64,000 nucleotides of DNA from IMG/VR virus record IMGVR_UViG_3300020057_001228, positions 1 through 64,000 of that record; one strand, 5' to 3'. The translations under genes were made by a program, and so were the position numbers. The notes under the pieces are model-generated. The model saw only the letters and a program-made list of their open reading frames with translations, was not told the origin of the DNA and ran no database searches. This DNA comes from a virus (taxonomy: Duplodnaviria; Heunggongvirae; Uroviricota; Caudoviricetes). Positions within the stretch are counted from its first letter, which is position 1, and every line of letters begins with the position of its first letter. Below, piece by piece: positions 17,150 through 26,040 of this stretch.

Positions 17150-17333
17150 GTATGGTTCTCTTCCCTAGCCAATACTGAGAGGGCTCTATGCAATACCCTA
17201 TAAGCCATAGGAAAGCCCTACCCTCTGGCACGAAGTCTACGTTTGCGTTCACAGCGTAGTGGAACATGTTGTCTAGGCATAGCCTAATCTCTAAGGCTGG
17301 CCAGTAGAGATCCTTGACCTGATCACCATCCAC
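17121..17333 (-). CDS. array small ORF
   Basis: C-term YWLGKRTIRDRR. Confidence 0.3.
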   Translation of the reverse strand: MDGDQVKDLYWPALEIRLCLDNMFHYAVNANVDFVPEGRAFLWLIGYCIEPSQYWLGKRTIRDRRTSTLS

Positions 17334-17529
17334 GCTTCAGTACCTTACGAGCTTGGATATAGTACCTAGCCTGTGTACTGTGGTCAAAGATGAAGTTATA
17401 ACGCTTCCTGATCATGTATGGATCATCCTCGTATGGTGAGTTCTCTATCAATCTGCAAAGAGTCTGTAGAGACTGTGCCTCTCTGTAGATCCACCATATG
17501 TTGAACATTGAGCTTCTTCCTCTGGACAA
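17323..17529 (-). CDS. array small ORF
   Basis: C-term ARYYIQARKVLKRGW. Confidence 0.3.
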   Translation of the reverse strand: MSRGRSSMFNIWWIYREAQSLQTLCRLIENSPYEDDPYMIRKRYNFIFDHSTQARYYIQARKVLKRGW

Positions 17530-17734
17530 TCTTCATCCTCCAGTAGAGGAGCATACGTTGTAGATCCTGTTTGAAGAAATAGTCCAACCATTCTCTATGA
17601 GGCCACTGATACGAGCTACAGACTTCTCTGTAACGTCTGTTATGTAGCTCACACAGATCTACGGTAGTGAGAGTGAGGCCTGTGCTTCTTGTCTTCTTGT
17701 GGGACATACAGGATCTTCTGAGACACAACACCAT
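17423..17734 (-). CDS. array small ORF
   Basis: C-term QRMLLYWRMKIVQRKK. Confidence 0.3.
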   Translation of the reverse strand: MVLCLRRSCMSHKKTRSTGLTLTTVDLCELHNRRYREVCSSYQWPHREWLDYFFKQDLQRMLLYWRMKIVQRKKLNVQHMVDLQRGTVSTDSLQIDRELTIRG

Positions 17735-18092
17735 CAGTGATGATCTTGCTCTGCTCGATACCTACATCCTTGGTGAAGTGCAATAGATCCTCAAGCGTGT
17801 CAGCCCAGAAGCTGATGAACTCTCCACCCTGAAACATCTCCTCAGACTCGTTGATCATATAGACAACGTGGTCACCCTTCTTCCAAGGACGTACATACAT
17901 CCCTGTGAGGAGACGTACAGCTGGCTCACGGTTTACCCAACCGACTACAGGTACTTTGTTAAGAGTGGAATCTTGAAGTGTCTGTAACCACTTCGGCTTC
18001 TTGCCAACACCATTCCAACCAACGACTTTGAAAGCAGCTCTCTGCTTTACGCGTTGGAATGTAATGTTCTCTAGAGAGTTATAGTTGGGCAT
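17649..18092 (-). CDS. hypothetical (147 aa)
   Basis: Clean ORF, no recognised motif. Confidence 0.4.
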   Translation of the reverse strand: MPNYNSLENITFQRVKQRAAFKVVGWNGVGKKPKWLQTLQDSTLNKVPVVGWVNREPAVRLLTGMYVRPWKKGDHVVYMINESEEMFQGGEFISFWADTLEDLLHFTKDVGIEQSKIITDGVVSQKILYVPQEDKKHRPHSHYRRSV

Positions 18093-18113
18093 GATGATTC
18101 CCTCGTTAGATTG

Positions 18114-18401
18114 CTACTTATCCATTTTAACACGTTTACGGATCCGTAACAGATCCCTAGCAGTCCTAGATGCCCTGTATAGGTATACGAACCAGTCATC
18201 CTGATCGAAGCGACTATCTTCATAGAAGCCTGCTTCAATAGCTGAAGCTATGACCGATACAGGTTTGTACACGTCACCTACTGGGTCTTTGTAGAACTCA
18301 CTAGGTGCATCAAGTAGTTGACTTCTAGTGTTAAATCCGAATGCTGCTGCTAACTTAGTGAGAACCATGCCGCTTAGCAACTGCAATCCTGTAAGCTTCA
18401 T
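18114..18401 (-). CDS. array small ORF
   Basis: C-term DDWFVYLYRASRTARDLLRIRKR. Confidence 0.35.
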   Translation of the reverse strand: MKLTGLQLLSGMVLTKLAAAFGFNTRSQLLDAPSEFYKDPVGDVYKPVSVIASAIEAGFYEDSRFDQDDWFVYLYRASRTARDLLRIRKRVKMDK

Positions 18402-18597
18402 GCATGAACCTCGTCATGGTGTAGGTGTGTGCGTACTTCAAATGCCTACTATCGTGACCACTCTCTATACCGAGGACGTATAACCTACAACGATCTGCAT
18501 GGATATACAGGCCTTCCAGATGCATGACTCTAATGCGACTCCACCAGGTCCCCATGATGAACTTTGCGGTTTCTAATTGCGAGGTTGTAGCTCTCAT
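18355..18597 (-). CDS. array small ORF
   Basis: C-term FMHEAYRIAVAKRHG. Confidence 0.3.
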   Translation of the reverse strand: MRATTSQLETAKFIMGTWWSRIRVMHLEGLYIHADRCRLYVLGIESGHDSRHLKYAHTYTMTRFMHEAYRIAVAKRHGSH

Positions 18598-18895
18598 TCA
18601 GGTACTCCATGCACTGATATAGATACATGCACTGATATAGATAATCGAAGTGCATACCTGGACCAAACCCAAGCGGACTACCTACCTCTCCATTGAGGAT
18701 ACGGATGTTCTTTCCGCAGATTTCTATAACAACGAATGGACCGTAGTCTGGGTCCTTCTTAGCATGTAGCCAATCTATGTCTTTCGGAGTGGACAAGTTT
18801 ATGAACCTCGTGTAAGTATTCAATGCATTGGTAGAGCCAGAGTTGGTAAGGCTGATCGATCCTATCGTTCTGTATATCGTTGATGTTATTACCAC
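18530..18895 (-). CDS. array small ORF
   Basis: C-term EYLNESYNLAIRNRKVH. Confidence 0.3.
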   Translation of the reverse strand: MVITSTIYRTIGSISLTNSGSTNALNTYTRFINLSTPKDIDWLHAKKDPDYGPFVVIEICGKNIRILNGEVGSPLGFGPGMHFDYLYQCMYLYQCMEYLNESYNLAIRNRKVHHGDLVESH

Positions 18896-18971
18896 AGATC
18901 CAAACGATAGTATGAACAGATTGAGGATGGTTCTCAGCGTTCAGCCAGCTTATGTCTTTTGCTATATGCAT
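18759..18971 (-). CDS. array small ORF
   Basis: C-term CIEYLHEVHKLVHSERHR. Confidence 0.3.
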   Translation of the reverse strand: MHIAKDISWLNAENHPQSVHTIVWICGNNINDIQNDRIDQPYQLWLYQCIEYLHEVHKLVHSERHRLATC

Positions 18972-19158
18972 ATGCGTGATGGAGTCTCTCTGCGAAGCTG
19001 ATGGTGATGAAGATAGACATACGTGAGACTAGACAGGTATTGGGGTTATTATCCCCAACTGGCCAATAGTCAAACCACCGTGTCGCATGCCATATACTCA
19101 GGATGAAGTCACAGTTCTCTCTTGGGACTCTGTGGTACTTTAGATGCTTTGAAGACAT
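18934..19158 (-). CDS. array small ORF
   Basis: C-term SFAERLHHAYAYSKRHK. Confidence 0.3.
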   Translation of the reverse strand: MSSKHLKYHRVPRENCDFILSIWHATRWFDYWPVGDNNPNTCLVSRMSIFITISFAERLHHAYAYSKRHKLAER

Positions 19159-19351
19159 AGTGTAATCTCTCCGCCAGAGCTAACGTATAACGCACACGTA
19201 TGTCGTATTGCTTGTACGTTGGATCTAAGTCCTCTTCTGTAAGGAAGTTGAACCAAGCGTATGCTACGTGGGGGTAGTAGGATGATGGAGATGTATCACC
19301 CCAGTCGTTAGCCATCAGGTTATCGTACTTGAGCTCTGTCTTTAGTGGCAT
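19109..19351 (-). CDS. array small ORF
   Basis: C-term TLALAERLHYVFKASK. Confidence 0.35.
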   Translation of the reverse strand: MPLKTELKYDNLMANDWGDTSPSSYYPHVAYAWFNFLTEEDLDPTYKQYDIRVRYTLALAERLHYVFKASKVPQSPKREL

Positions 19352-19553
19352 ATCTATAGCCTACTCTCAACACATGGATGGCACGATAGATAGTCCAACC
19401 ATCATTACCGTAGAACTGTATACCCCACATACCCTCTAAGTTGATACGACTGGCTAATCTAGCTACATCCCATATCCAACGACGATTGCCAACAGGTATG
19501 TCGCACTTAGGGAACCTTGGGTAGGCGAACCAGTACTTCTTCTTCCTACCCAT
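19320..19553 (-). CDS. array small ORF
   Basis: C-term TIYRAIHVLRVGYRYATKDR. Confidence 0.35.
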   Translation of the reverse strand: MGRKKKYWFAYPRFPKCDIPVGNRRWIWDVARLASRINLEGMWGIQFYGNDGWTIYRAIHVLRVGYRYATKDRAQVR

Positions 19554-19734
19554 CGTGGAAAGAGAGACAGGCGAGAGTAGCTAACGGTATACTGAAGCCA
19601 GTGACAGTCAACCAGGTAGCTACTCCCCAAGAGATGAACGTCGAGATACTGATCATAAAGGCACACAGGATGATAGACCCCTGCATAAGCCTGATACTGG
19701 TCATTTCGACCTTAGAGTTCTTTTCGTTAGCCAT
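19546..19734 (-). CDS. small membrane protein (62 aa, two TM helices)
   Basis: Hydrophobic segments. Confidence 0.35.
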   Translation of the reverse strand: MANEKNSKVEMTSIRLMQGSIILCAFMISISTFISWGVATWLTVTGFSIPLATLACLSFHDG

Positions 19735-19852
19735 GCGTCCCTCAGTCTTCTTATCGTTCCACCACAGACTACGATCCCTTCTTTGACCTTCACCAGAGTT
19801 GCGAATGGTCGTATGGAGAGGGCCTTAACTGGGGCGTAGAGTATCTTAGGAT

Positions 19853-20482
19853 TTAACACCTAGCTGCCCTTAGCTGCTGTAGTGATTGCTGCGCTGAGGT
19901 ATGCAGGATACCAATACCACCAATGTTATTCCATTGGTCGATGTTGATCTGCATGTCATCGATCAGGACATCCTGAGGTGAGTAGCAATGGTACTGCTTG
20001 TCCATAGCAAAGGGTCCGAAGCGGACTCTAATCTGTGGGTGGATATGCTTACGTGCCCACTCGACCTTGTGCTGAACAGCATCAGGGAATTGCAGACGAG
20101 CACGACGAGGAAGAGCAGTGAGGATCTGAACCTGGTTACGATCCCCAGTGAACTGACAGCAACCCTCGTACAACTCCAGAGCGTCTGGCATAGGAGCAAG
20201 CATCTCGTAGATACTGGGATAGGCAGAGAAACGTCCCCATTCAGGTAGCTTGATCTCTTCCTTCCAAGTACTCCCAAAGAGCTCTAGGCCCTTGGCATCA
20301 AAGTCTGCTAGGACACCATCCATGTCCAGGTAAATGATGGACTTGTTGCCACGCTTGACCAGATCCATCTGAGCCAGAATCAACGTGTTCCTGGTCTTAA
20401 CCAGCTCGTCTTGTAGCTTCTTATTAGCTACCTGTTCATCTGCTAACTTGCCCTCAAGTTGGTGCTTTGTGTAGAAGCTCAT
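19853..20482 (-). CDS. second 5'(3')-deoxyribonucleotidase-like HAD protein with N-terminal coiled-coil extension
   Basis: IIYLDMDGVLADFD motif. Confidence 0.7.
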   Translation of the reverse strand: MSFYTKHQLEGKLADEQVANKKLQDELVKTRNTLILAQMDLVKRGNKSIIYLDMDGVLADFDAKGLELFGSTWKEEIKLPEWGRFSAYPSIYEMLAPMPDALELYEGCCQFTGDRNQVQILTALPRRARLQFPDAVQHKVEWARKHIHPQIRVRFGPFAMDKQYHCYSPQDVLIDDMQINIDQWNNIGGIGILHTSAQQSLQQLRAARC

Positions 20483-20738
20483 GTGTCCCTCGTAGTCTAA
20501 TAGCGTATAGGTAACGTAACCGTGAGTGTCTGAGATGCCTCATCACATCTAGATGTACATCATGACCAGCGAGTGCCTCCCCGATAATGACACCACAGTC
20601 CCACTGGAACGCACTCTCAATCGCATACGCAGGGTTATACACAGAGATGTATGACCACTCTGTGTAGACTCGCCAATAGATATAGATCTCTAGAGGCCCT
20701 GCATAGCTGTAGGACTGCGGGGAAGCGTGTGAGTTCAT
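20454..20738 (-). CDS. array small ORF
   Basis: C-term RLRYLYAIRLRGTH. Confidence 0.3.
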   Translation of the reverse strand: MNSHASPQSYSYAGPLEIYIYWRVYTEWSYISVYNPAYAIESAFQWDCGVIIGEALAGHDVHLDVMRHLRHSRLRYLYAIRLRGTHELLHKAPT

Positions 20739-20894
20739 TGTGTGGTATCCAGAAGAGAGCGTCGTGCAAACTAATGCTTGCTGAGTACATCAAGGGTACC
20801 GTCGATGATAGCCACAAAGAACCTCTTGAGCTTATGTTGGCTCATGAGACGATGTGCGATAGGGAAGTGCTTGATGAAGGTGTCGTAGGCTGCC

Positions 20895-21167
20895 TTAGCT
20901 AGGGCTAGGACCACTTTGTCCTTCGGTGTCAGGCTTGTCTTCATTGGTGATTTTCCTACTGTGAATAAGCATGTGTACTCTAGCCCACAGGGTCATAGGT
21001 CTACCCATGAACTCACGAGGGACACCGTACGAGTCAAGTTTATCATGAGCATCAATGATCTCTGTAAACATACGAGCGTTGTTACGTTCTAGAGTTGCTA
21101 GATCCTTCTTTGCTACAGATAGGTTACCTAGTAGTGCTGCTATGACTGGATTGTTCTCTTGGACCAT
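20895..21167 (-). CDS. hypothetical (90 aa)
   Basis: Clean ORF. Confidence 0.35.
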   Translation of the reverse strand: MVQENNPVIAALLGNLSVAKKDLATLERNNARMFTEIIDAHDKLDSYGVPREFMGRPMTLWARVHMLIHSRKITNEDKPDTEGQSGPSPS

Positions 21168-21282
21168 TTGACCCTCTGCATTCGGTATGCTTTATGCAAT
21201 CGATACATGAAACGCATGAATACAGGTTTGTCACTCGGCATCCATACGTGTATGTAGAAGATCATACCTCTATATGGGTTCT

Positions 21283-21678
21283 TCATCGACTAATCGAATA
21301 TAGCAAATGACAGAGATCAATGTCTTCTCTTAAGATGTTCCAGTCTGGCACTCGATCATCCTGGATCTCACGCGTCTCGATCATCTCATCTAACCATGCA
21401 GCACCTGTGTACACAGAGCCATATAGGTTACCACGATCACTATGTACATCCGTGACACCTGTGTTGTAGTACTTTATCAGGGTGACTGGATCCATCATCT
21501 TATGTCTTCTGGATCGTCTGTAGACAAAGTTTGCTAGACGAACAGCAGCTTCTAGTTCTGGAACAACGAACACAGCCTTAGGCTCAGCGTTGGTGATCTG
21601 CCCAAAGGCACAGATGTGTAGGTTGATCATCCATGTGGTGTAGAGACCAGCACCAGGTAGTTCTCTCATTGGGATCAT
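21283..21678 (-). CDS. array ORF
   Basis: C-term EDIDLCHLLYSISR. Confidence 0.35.
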   Translation of the reverse strand: MIPMRELPGAGLYTTWMINLHICAFGQITNAEPKAVFVVPELEAAVRLANFVYRRSRRHKMMDPVTLIKYYNTGVTDVHSDRGNLYGSVYTGAAWLDEMIETREIQDDRVPDWNILREDIDLCHLLYSISR

Positions 21679-21863
21679 GGTTTAAACCTTGAATAGAAGA
21701 AGCGTAGGATATCTGCAGCTGAATGAAACCTACCCCACTCTTCCTTAGACGGCACACTAAGTAGGAAGTGGCCATGCGTAGCCCCGTCGAGGGCCCTAGC
21801 TATTACCACAGGCTTGAATCTAAACTCAGCAAAGAACGTAGCCGTTGCATCATACTCGTTCAC
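21675..21863 (-). CDS. small ORF, paralog of 21860..22048
   Basis: C-term DILRFFYSRFKP; ATGA coupling. Confidence 0.3.
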   Translation of the reverse strand: MNEYDATATFFAEFRFKPVVIARALDGATHGHFLLSVPSKEEWGRFHSAADILRFFYSRFKP

Positions 21864-22048
21864 TTACGGAACCTCACGACTACTAAGCGGAGTGCTTCAA
21901 CAGCTGCTAGGAACCTGATCCAGTTGTCTCTAGAGGGGAGTCGTTGAATCGAGTAGTTGCTGGTGATGCCACGCTCTACAGCAGTTGCGAGATCTATCGC
22001 ATTACCTCTAAAGTCCAACAGTATCAGTCTCGCTGCATCAGGCATCAT
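21860..22048 (-). CDS. small ORF, paralog of 21675..21863
   Basis: C-term VEALRLVVVRFRK. Confidence 0.3.
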   Translation of the reverse strand: MMPDAARLILLDFRGNAIDLATAVERGITSNYSIQRLPSRDNWIRFLAAVEALRLVVVRFRK

Positions 22049-22217
22049 TTCCTATACCCCAAGCTAGCTAGACGGAAGACTGTGATTGCATACTCAAACC
22101 TATCCCACGTGGCTGTTGGGTCCCAGTGATGAGTTGAGTAGTTCAAAGCTGTACCTAGTCGTCTTGTACATGAGCCGAACTCAACTAAGATGGCATGCGA
22201 ACCGTGGGGCAGCCTAA

Positions 22218-22526
22218 TCATCTTCTACCAATCTTGAATAGCTCATAAGCTAACCTGAAGTCCTCAAAGTACATGGCAATACCGTTCACCCAGACACCTA
22301 TGCTCACGTTGTCTGTAGATATTCCACCCTCACCTGCAATCAGGTGGACAGGCATGTAGATAGCGTCTATGGGCCACCTATACCGCCATATGATTGGGTG
22401 TGTGAATCTACCTTCTGTGTACTCAGCTATCAGTACGTTTGGAGGAGTGTTTGACAGATCCACGTATCCTCCACAGCTCTGCACATAGGTTGGTATCCTC
22501 AAATAGGAAGTCCCAATCTTTGTCAA
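22218..22526 (-). CDS. array small ORF
   Basis: C-term EDFRLAYELFKIGRR. Confidence 0.35.
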   Translation of the reverse strand: MTKIGTSYLRIPTYVQSCGGYVDLSNTPPNVLIAEYTEGRFTHPIIWRYRWPIDAIYMPVHLIAGEGGISTDNVSIGVWVNGIAMYFEDFRLAYELFKIGRR

Positions 22527-22824
22527 TCAGGGGATCTTCCTCGTTTGGGGTATCGATCTTCCCCACAATACTCTCAGCCTCATTGTTAGCGTACATAGAG
22601 GCTCTATAGACCCTATCCTGGACTTCTACCTCACCATAGTAGCCCTCTATGTACATGTGGTACAGGTAGTGAGGGTTTCTAGGTGGGTTGACTATTCTAT
22701 CTGGTGCGGGCATGTCATCCAACGTTGAGGAAAGCCTTAAGGATCTTCTCGGCAACCTCGTCTTTAAGATCGGTGAGTACCATACCTGGCGTACGTTCAT
22801 CGAAGTCATCTTTGGGAGCCGCAA
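22423..22824 (-). CDS. array ORF
   Basis: C-term EDTNLCAELWRIRGSVKHSSKR. Confidence 0.35.
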   Translation of the reverse strand: MRLPKMTSMNVRQVWYSPILKTRLPRRSLRLSSTLDDMPAPDRIVNPPRNPHYLYHMYIEGYYGEVEVQDRVYRASMYANNEAESIVGKIDTPNEEDPLIDKDWDFLFEDTNLCAELWRIRGSVKHSSKRTDS

Positions 22825-23089
22825 CAGTTACCTCGATGTCTTTGAACTTGCCTGTGATGACGATAGTAGTGCCCTCGATCTTCTCTTCGTAGAGAACCTT
22901 AGGGACCATCACGCGTGTCATCAGGCGGACAGCATAGCTAATCTTCTGTGATTCACTCAAGCCCATGTCTTCTTCGTTCCCTTCGTCCAAGAACACGTCC
23001 GTGCACCTGGTATAGCGTGTAACAGTAACCATGCAGATAGGTTGAATCCAACCAGCGGAACGTTGAGTCCGCGTGCATAGGATTATCAA
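22715..23089 (-). CDS. hypothetical (start probably internal)
   Basis: C-terminal half protein-like. Confidence 0.3.
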   Translation of the reverse strand: MIILCTRTQRSAGWIQPICMVTVTRYTRCTDVFLDEGNEEDMGLSESQKISYAVRLMTRVMVPKVLYEEKIEGTTIVITGKFKDIEVTVAAPKDDFDERTPGMVLTDLKDEVAEKILKAFLNVG

Positions 23090-23144
23090 GCTTTTTAGTC
23101 ATACGCTCTACAGTATTGGGAACTGAGAACTCACTAAAGGTCAT
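22953..23144 (-). CDS. hypothetical small (63 aa)
   Basis: Minus ORF. Confidence 0.25.
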   Translation of the reverse strand: MTFSEFSVPNTVERMTKKLDNPMHADSTFRWLDSTYLHGYCYTLYQVHGRVLGRRERRRHGLE

Positions 23145-23153
23145 TAGAGGTAC

Positions 23154-23405
23154 CTAGCATGCCCTAGAGTCCATGTCTAATATGGCTCTGGTGTGTCTGG
23201 ACCTTCTTCTAGAATAAGAGGCCTTGTAGGCCACGTGAAGAGTTCTAAGTGATCTGTGGTATATGACATAGATAAACTCACCCTCTATGTTGCTGCCACT
23301 GTAGATCAATTGAAGCACTCTCGATGCTTCCCAGTAGAACGGGTTAGATGAGGGAGGGACTAACCGTTGGCCAGCCGTCTCTTCGAAGAGATATATCTTG
23401 TGCAT
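23154..23405 (-). CDS. array small ORF
   Basis: C-term LRTLHVAYKASYSRRRSR. Confidence 0.35.
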   Translation of the reverse strand: MHKIYLFEETAGQRLVPPSSNPFYWEASRVLQLIYSGSNIEGEFIYVIYHRSLRTLHVAYKASYSRRRSRHTRAILDMDSRAC

Positions 23406-23644
23406 TTACGTATTTCCCATAGGAGGTGAACGATGCGTATGTCCACACTGATGTTCTCAGGTTCTTCGAAGTCAGGCATCATGTGCTCTAGCATTTTGGC
23501 TGAGTAGTAAACCACATCAGCTATACTGCCACGCCTAGACCCATTAGCTACCAGGCTTGTGTCCGCGAGGAATAGGTTTATGGCACACTCAGTGTCTGTT
23601 TGGTCAACCGGGTCGTGCATGAAACCCTCCAGTAGATATAGCAT
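23360..23644 (-). CDS. array small ORF
   Basis: C-term DIRIVHLLWEIRKCTRYISSKRR. Confidence 0.35.
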   Translation of the reverse strand: MLYLLEGFMHDPVDQTDTECAINLFLADTSLVANGSRRGSIADVVYYSAKMLEHMMPDFEEPENISVDIRIVHLLWEIRKCTRYISSKRRLANG

Positions 23645-23826
23645 AGGACAATGTCAGTGTACGCATCGCCACGCAGGATGGGGTATTCGTACTTGAGGTA
23701 ATCAGATAGGAGAACTGCTGGTTGATACGCAGGATGATGTATACCAGCTGAGTTCTTAGCTAGCCAATTAACGTGGTCTGTTGCTATAGCCTCAGTCAGC
23801 CACTCGTCACTTACACCTAATCGCAT
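23578..23826 (-). CDS. array small ORF
   Basis: C-term DIVLCYIYWRVSCTTRLTK. Confidence 0.35.
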   Translation of the reverse strand: MRLGVSDEWLTEAIATDHVNWLAKNSAGIHHPAYQPAVLLSDYLKYEYPILRGDAYTDIVLCYIYWRVSCTTRLTKQTLSVP

Positions 23827-24065
23827 TTGCTTCTCCTGAAGTACAGGTACAGGATGGCAATGTCTAGGAGTGTGTGTTTCTGTTCACCGTGGAGGTAGGT
23901 TTCAGCGTAACCACCTGAGTTGTATGGATCTTTGTACCACTCCCTGAAGGTTATCTCAGCAAGTGCGACGTACAGAGCTTCTACGATGCCATAACTGAGA
24001 GCTGTGTCACATGTCTGGTCTTTGATCACTAGGGCTAGAGCTCGTACGAGCAGCTCGGGTTGCAA
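23817..24065 (-). CDS. array small ORF
   Basis: C-term DIAILYLYFRRSKCD. Confidence 0.35.
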   Translation of the reverse strand: MQPELLVRALALVIKDQTCDTALSYGIVEALYVALAEITFREWYKDPYNSGGYAETYLHGEQKHTLLDIAILYLYFRRSKCD

Positions 24066-24348
24066 GGCGTATCCTCCAGAGTAAGTGTGTTAAGGCTGTG
24101 TCGACTATGAGTCGTATGTGAATACGTGGCCCGTAAGTTATGCTATCGACTGCCCTGAGGCTATCACTAATTTCATTGCAGCAAACGAACAGCGCTGCTG
24201 GTGTGTCCTGTGAGTTGTCTCTAGTGTCTAGTTCGAACAGGATGAGTGCATCAGCTTCTAAGTTAGCATCCATGCTTAGCCACCTTGTAGAGTCTGTGCG
24301 AGGTGATGATATCGATGAAGAACTCGTTCTTCTGCTTGCTGGTTTCAA
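24007..24348 (-). CDS. array small ORF
   Basis: C-term DTALTHLLWRIRLATRAAR. Confidence 0.35.
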   Translation of the reverse strand: MKPASRRTSSSSISSPRTDSTRWLSMDANLEADALILFELDTRDNSQDTPAALFVCCNEISDSLRAVDSITYGPRIHIRLIVDTALTHLLWRIRLATRAARTSSSPSDQRPDM

Positions 24349-24490
24349 ATGGCCAACACTCTGTTACGTCGTACTCAACCATACTGGCTGCTACATAGGG
24401 TGGTTCTATTCCTCCACCCGTAGCTCTTAACTCACGATCGTTATCACTGATCCAGGTCTCATCAGACTTGAGTAGGTCTTCAGCGTCCAT
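24263..24490 (-). CDS. array small ORF
   Basis: C-term DIITSHRLYKVAKHGC. Confidence 0.35.
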   Translation of the reverse strand: MDAEDLLKSDETWISDNDRELRATGGGIEPPYVAASMVEYDVTECWPFETSKQKNEFFIDIITSHRLYKVAKHGC

Positions 24491-24887
24491 GAGCTAACCT
24501 TAGGAACTCTCTGCACATGATGATCTCTGATAGGAGGTCAGGTGTTACTGAGAGTAACTTGATCTCGTAGTCGAGGATGCGTGCTGGGTTGTAGACAGCT
24601 TCGTGTGGCCCCCAACCTATCTCACATGTGCCTGCTGTGTCTGTTAGGAGGTTGCCAACCATCCGACGTCTGCTGCTGATGTGCTTGAAGGCTGTGTGTA
24701 GTCTGATGAGGTGCTGGTAGTTGAAGTAGGTGTGGTGGAACTCTTTGCCAGGTATGCCTCTGGCTTCAATGAGGGTGTAGTAGATGTTGGTTAGAGATTG
24801 GTGGAATGGATATCTGTCTCTGTTGAAGCGGTTGTTGGTAACGATGGCGAACCCACTGGTTGGGAGTATGTTGTACGTGTTTGCCAT
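24480..24887 (-). CDS. array ORF with two motif copies
   Basis: LIRLHTAFKHISSRRR internal and IIMCREFLRLAHGR at C-term. Confidence 0.35.
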   Translation of the reverse strand: MANTYNILPTSGFAIVTNNRFNRDRYPFHQSLTNIYYTLIEARGIPGKEFHHTYFNYQHLIRLHTAFKHISSRRRMVGNLLTDTAGTCEIGWGPHEAVYNPARILDYEIKLLSVTPDLLSEIIMCREFLRLAHGR

Positions 24888-25147
24888 CGTTGCCTCTTTG
24901 CTTTGTAGCCTGTGTGGAGCGTATGGAGTGCCCAGAGGCGTATGGTTTCGATTAGTTCGACTTCAAGGATTGTGTATTTGCCTATGCCAGTAAAGTCTCC
25001 TTTGTTTTTACCTTCCCAGCTGTAGACGTAGTGGCAGAGACTGAAGAAGGTTTCGTCGTCTGGTCTGTAGTAGTCAGGCTGATAGATTGCTCTGTAGGTG
25101 TGGATTATTGATGGCGGCATTGTTTTCTCTTTGCCTAAAAATCGCAT
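24791..25147 (-). CDS. array ORF, first gene of the array
   Basis: ELIETIRLWALHTLHTGYKAKRQRW motif; immediately downstream of AT-rich promoter region. Confidence 0.35.
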   Translation of the reverse strand: MRFLGKEKTMPPSIIHTYRAIYQPDYYRPDDETFFSLCHYVYSWEGKNKGDFTGIGKYTILEVELIETIRLWALHTLHTGYKAKRQRWQTRTTYSQPVGSPSLPTTASTETDIHSTNL

Positions 25148-25215
25148 AACTAAAGTATTGACTTTAAAAAATCATAGTGTATTTTTCTAATAGTATTATA
25201 TATACCTTATATAAA
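25141..25215 (-). promoter_or_regulatory. AT-rich promoter-like region upstream of the paralog array
   Basis: About 75 bp of greater than 80 percent AT with multiple TATAAT/TATATA-like hexamers directly upstream of first array gene. Confidence 0.35.
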
Positions 25216-25514
25216 TACACCTGCAGTCGGAACGACGGGAAGGTGTGCAGCGAGGCAGAGCCGAGCGCAGTGCAACGTCCAGTCAGCTATCAGTTAGACT
25301 CGTGTCTGTTTACTGTCTTTTCATCTCGTCAACAAAAATCACTTTAGTTTAACTATAGCTTTCTTTTGGTTCTTTTCTTTCGCCACACCCCCGTGAATAC
25401 CCGCAGCGTCTCGATGAACACGGTGAGGCTCTGCTCCGCTTGATACACTGCGTATGGAGCATGGCCATCCATTGGACTTAAGACTCAGCTCATCACTGAT
25501 GACCACGCTCTCAT

Positions 25515-25817
25515 CTAGATCCCCTGTTCCATCAACCATTCGACTGCCTTCTTTACGATGTCACCGTGGCATTCCAGTGGGGCACAGTAGCACACGAGGT
25601 CCACAGTGCCAGCCTTATGCTTCCCTAGGATCACCAGTAGCTCACGGAGCTGGGTTGTGTCTTCTTTCATCTTGCCCTGCAACCAGAGCTTGTACAGAGC
25701 CACACAGCCTTCACGGCCATACTTCATGAGGTCGTATGGATTACCGAGGACACTTGGCCGACCGATGTAGTGTCCGTTAGAACCGGCATACGTGTGCTTG
25801 TTGACGACGTTAATCAT
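25515..25817 (-). CDS. DUF4326-like phage protein
   Basis: VVNKHTYAGSNGHYIGRPSVLGNPY...CYCAPLECHGDI pattern. Confidence 0.5.
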   Translation of the reverse strand: MINVVNKHTYAGSNGHYIGRPSVLGNPYDLMKYGREGCVALYKLWLQGKMKEDTTQLRELLVILGKHKAGTVDLVCYCAPLECHGDIVKKAVEWLMEQGI

Positions 25818-25889
25818 CTCGGGTTCCTTTCCTAGCTTCCATCGGGTACGCGAAGAGCGGGTTGTGTTGAGCGACCTATGAAACTCTTG

Positions 25890-26040
25890 GTAGCTATGAG
25901 GCTAAACCTTCAATCTGCTATAGCTACGAGCTACAATTAGCTACGAGTAGCGAGCACAATAAGGCTTCAATGGATGACGGCAGCGAGCACCACGAAGGGG
26001 TGCGAGATAGTGAATATAGTCAGCTACGAGTAGCGAACGG
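25890..26040. repeat. iteron-like direct repeats (AGCTACGAG[TAGCGA] x3-4, GCGAGCAC x2) in 600-bp noncoding region
   Basis: agctacgagtagcga at about 25939-25953 and 26022-26036; agctacgag at 25922; tagctatgag at 25891. Confidence 0.4.

Noticed and set aside
19463-19666. 67-aa minus ORF plus 19517..19786 plus ORF
   Set aside because: Overlap the better membrane-protein ORF 19546..19734 and each other; composition junk-like.
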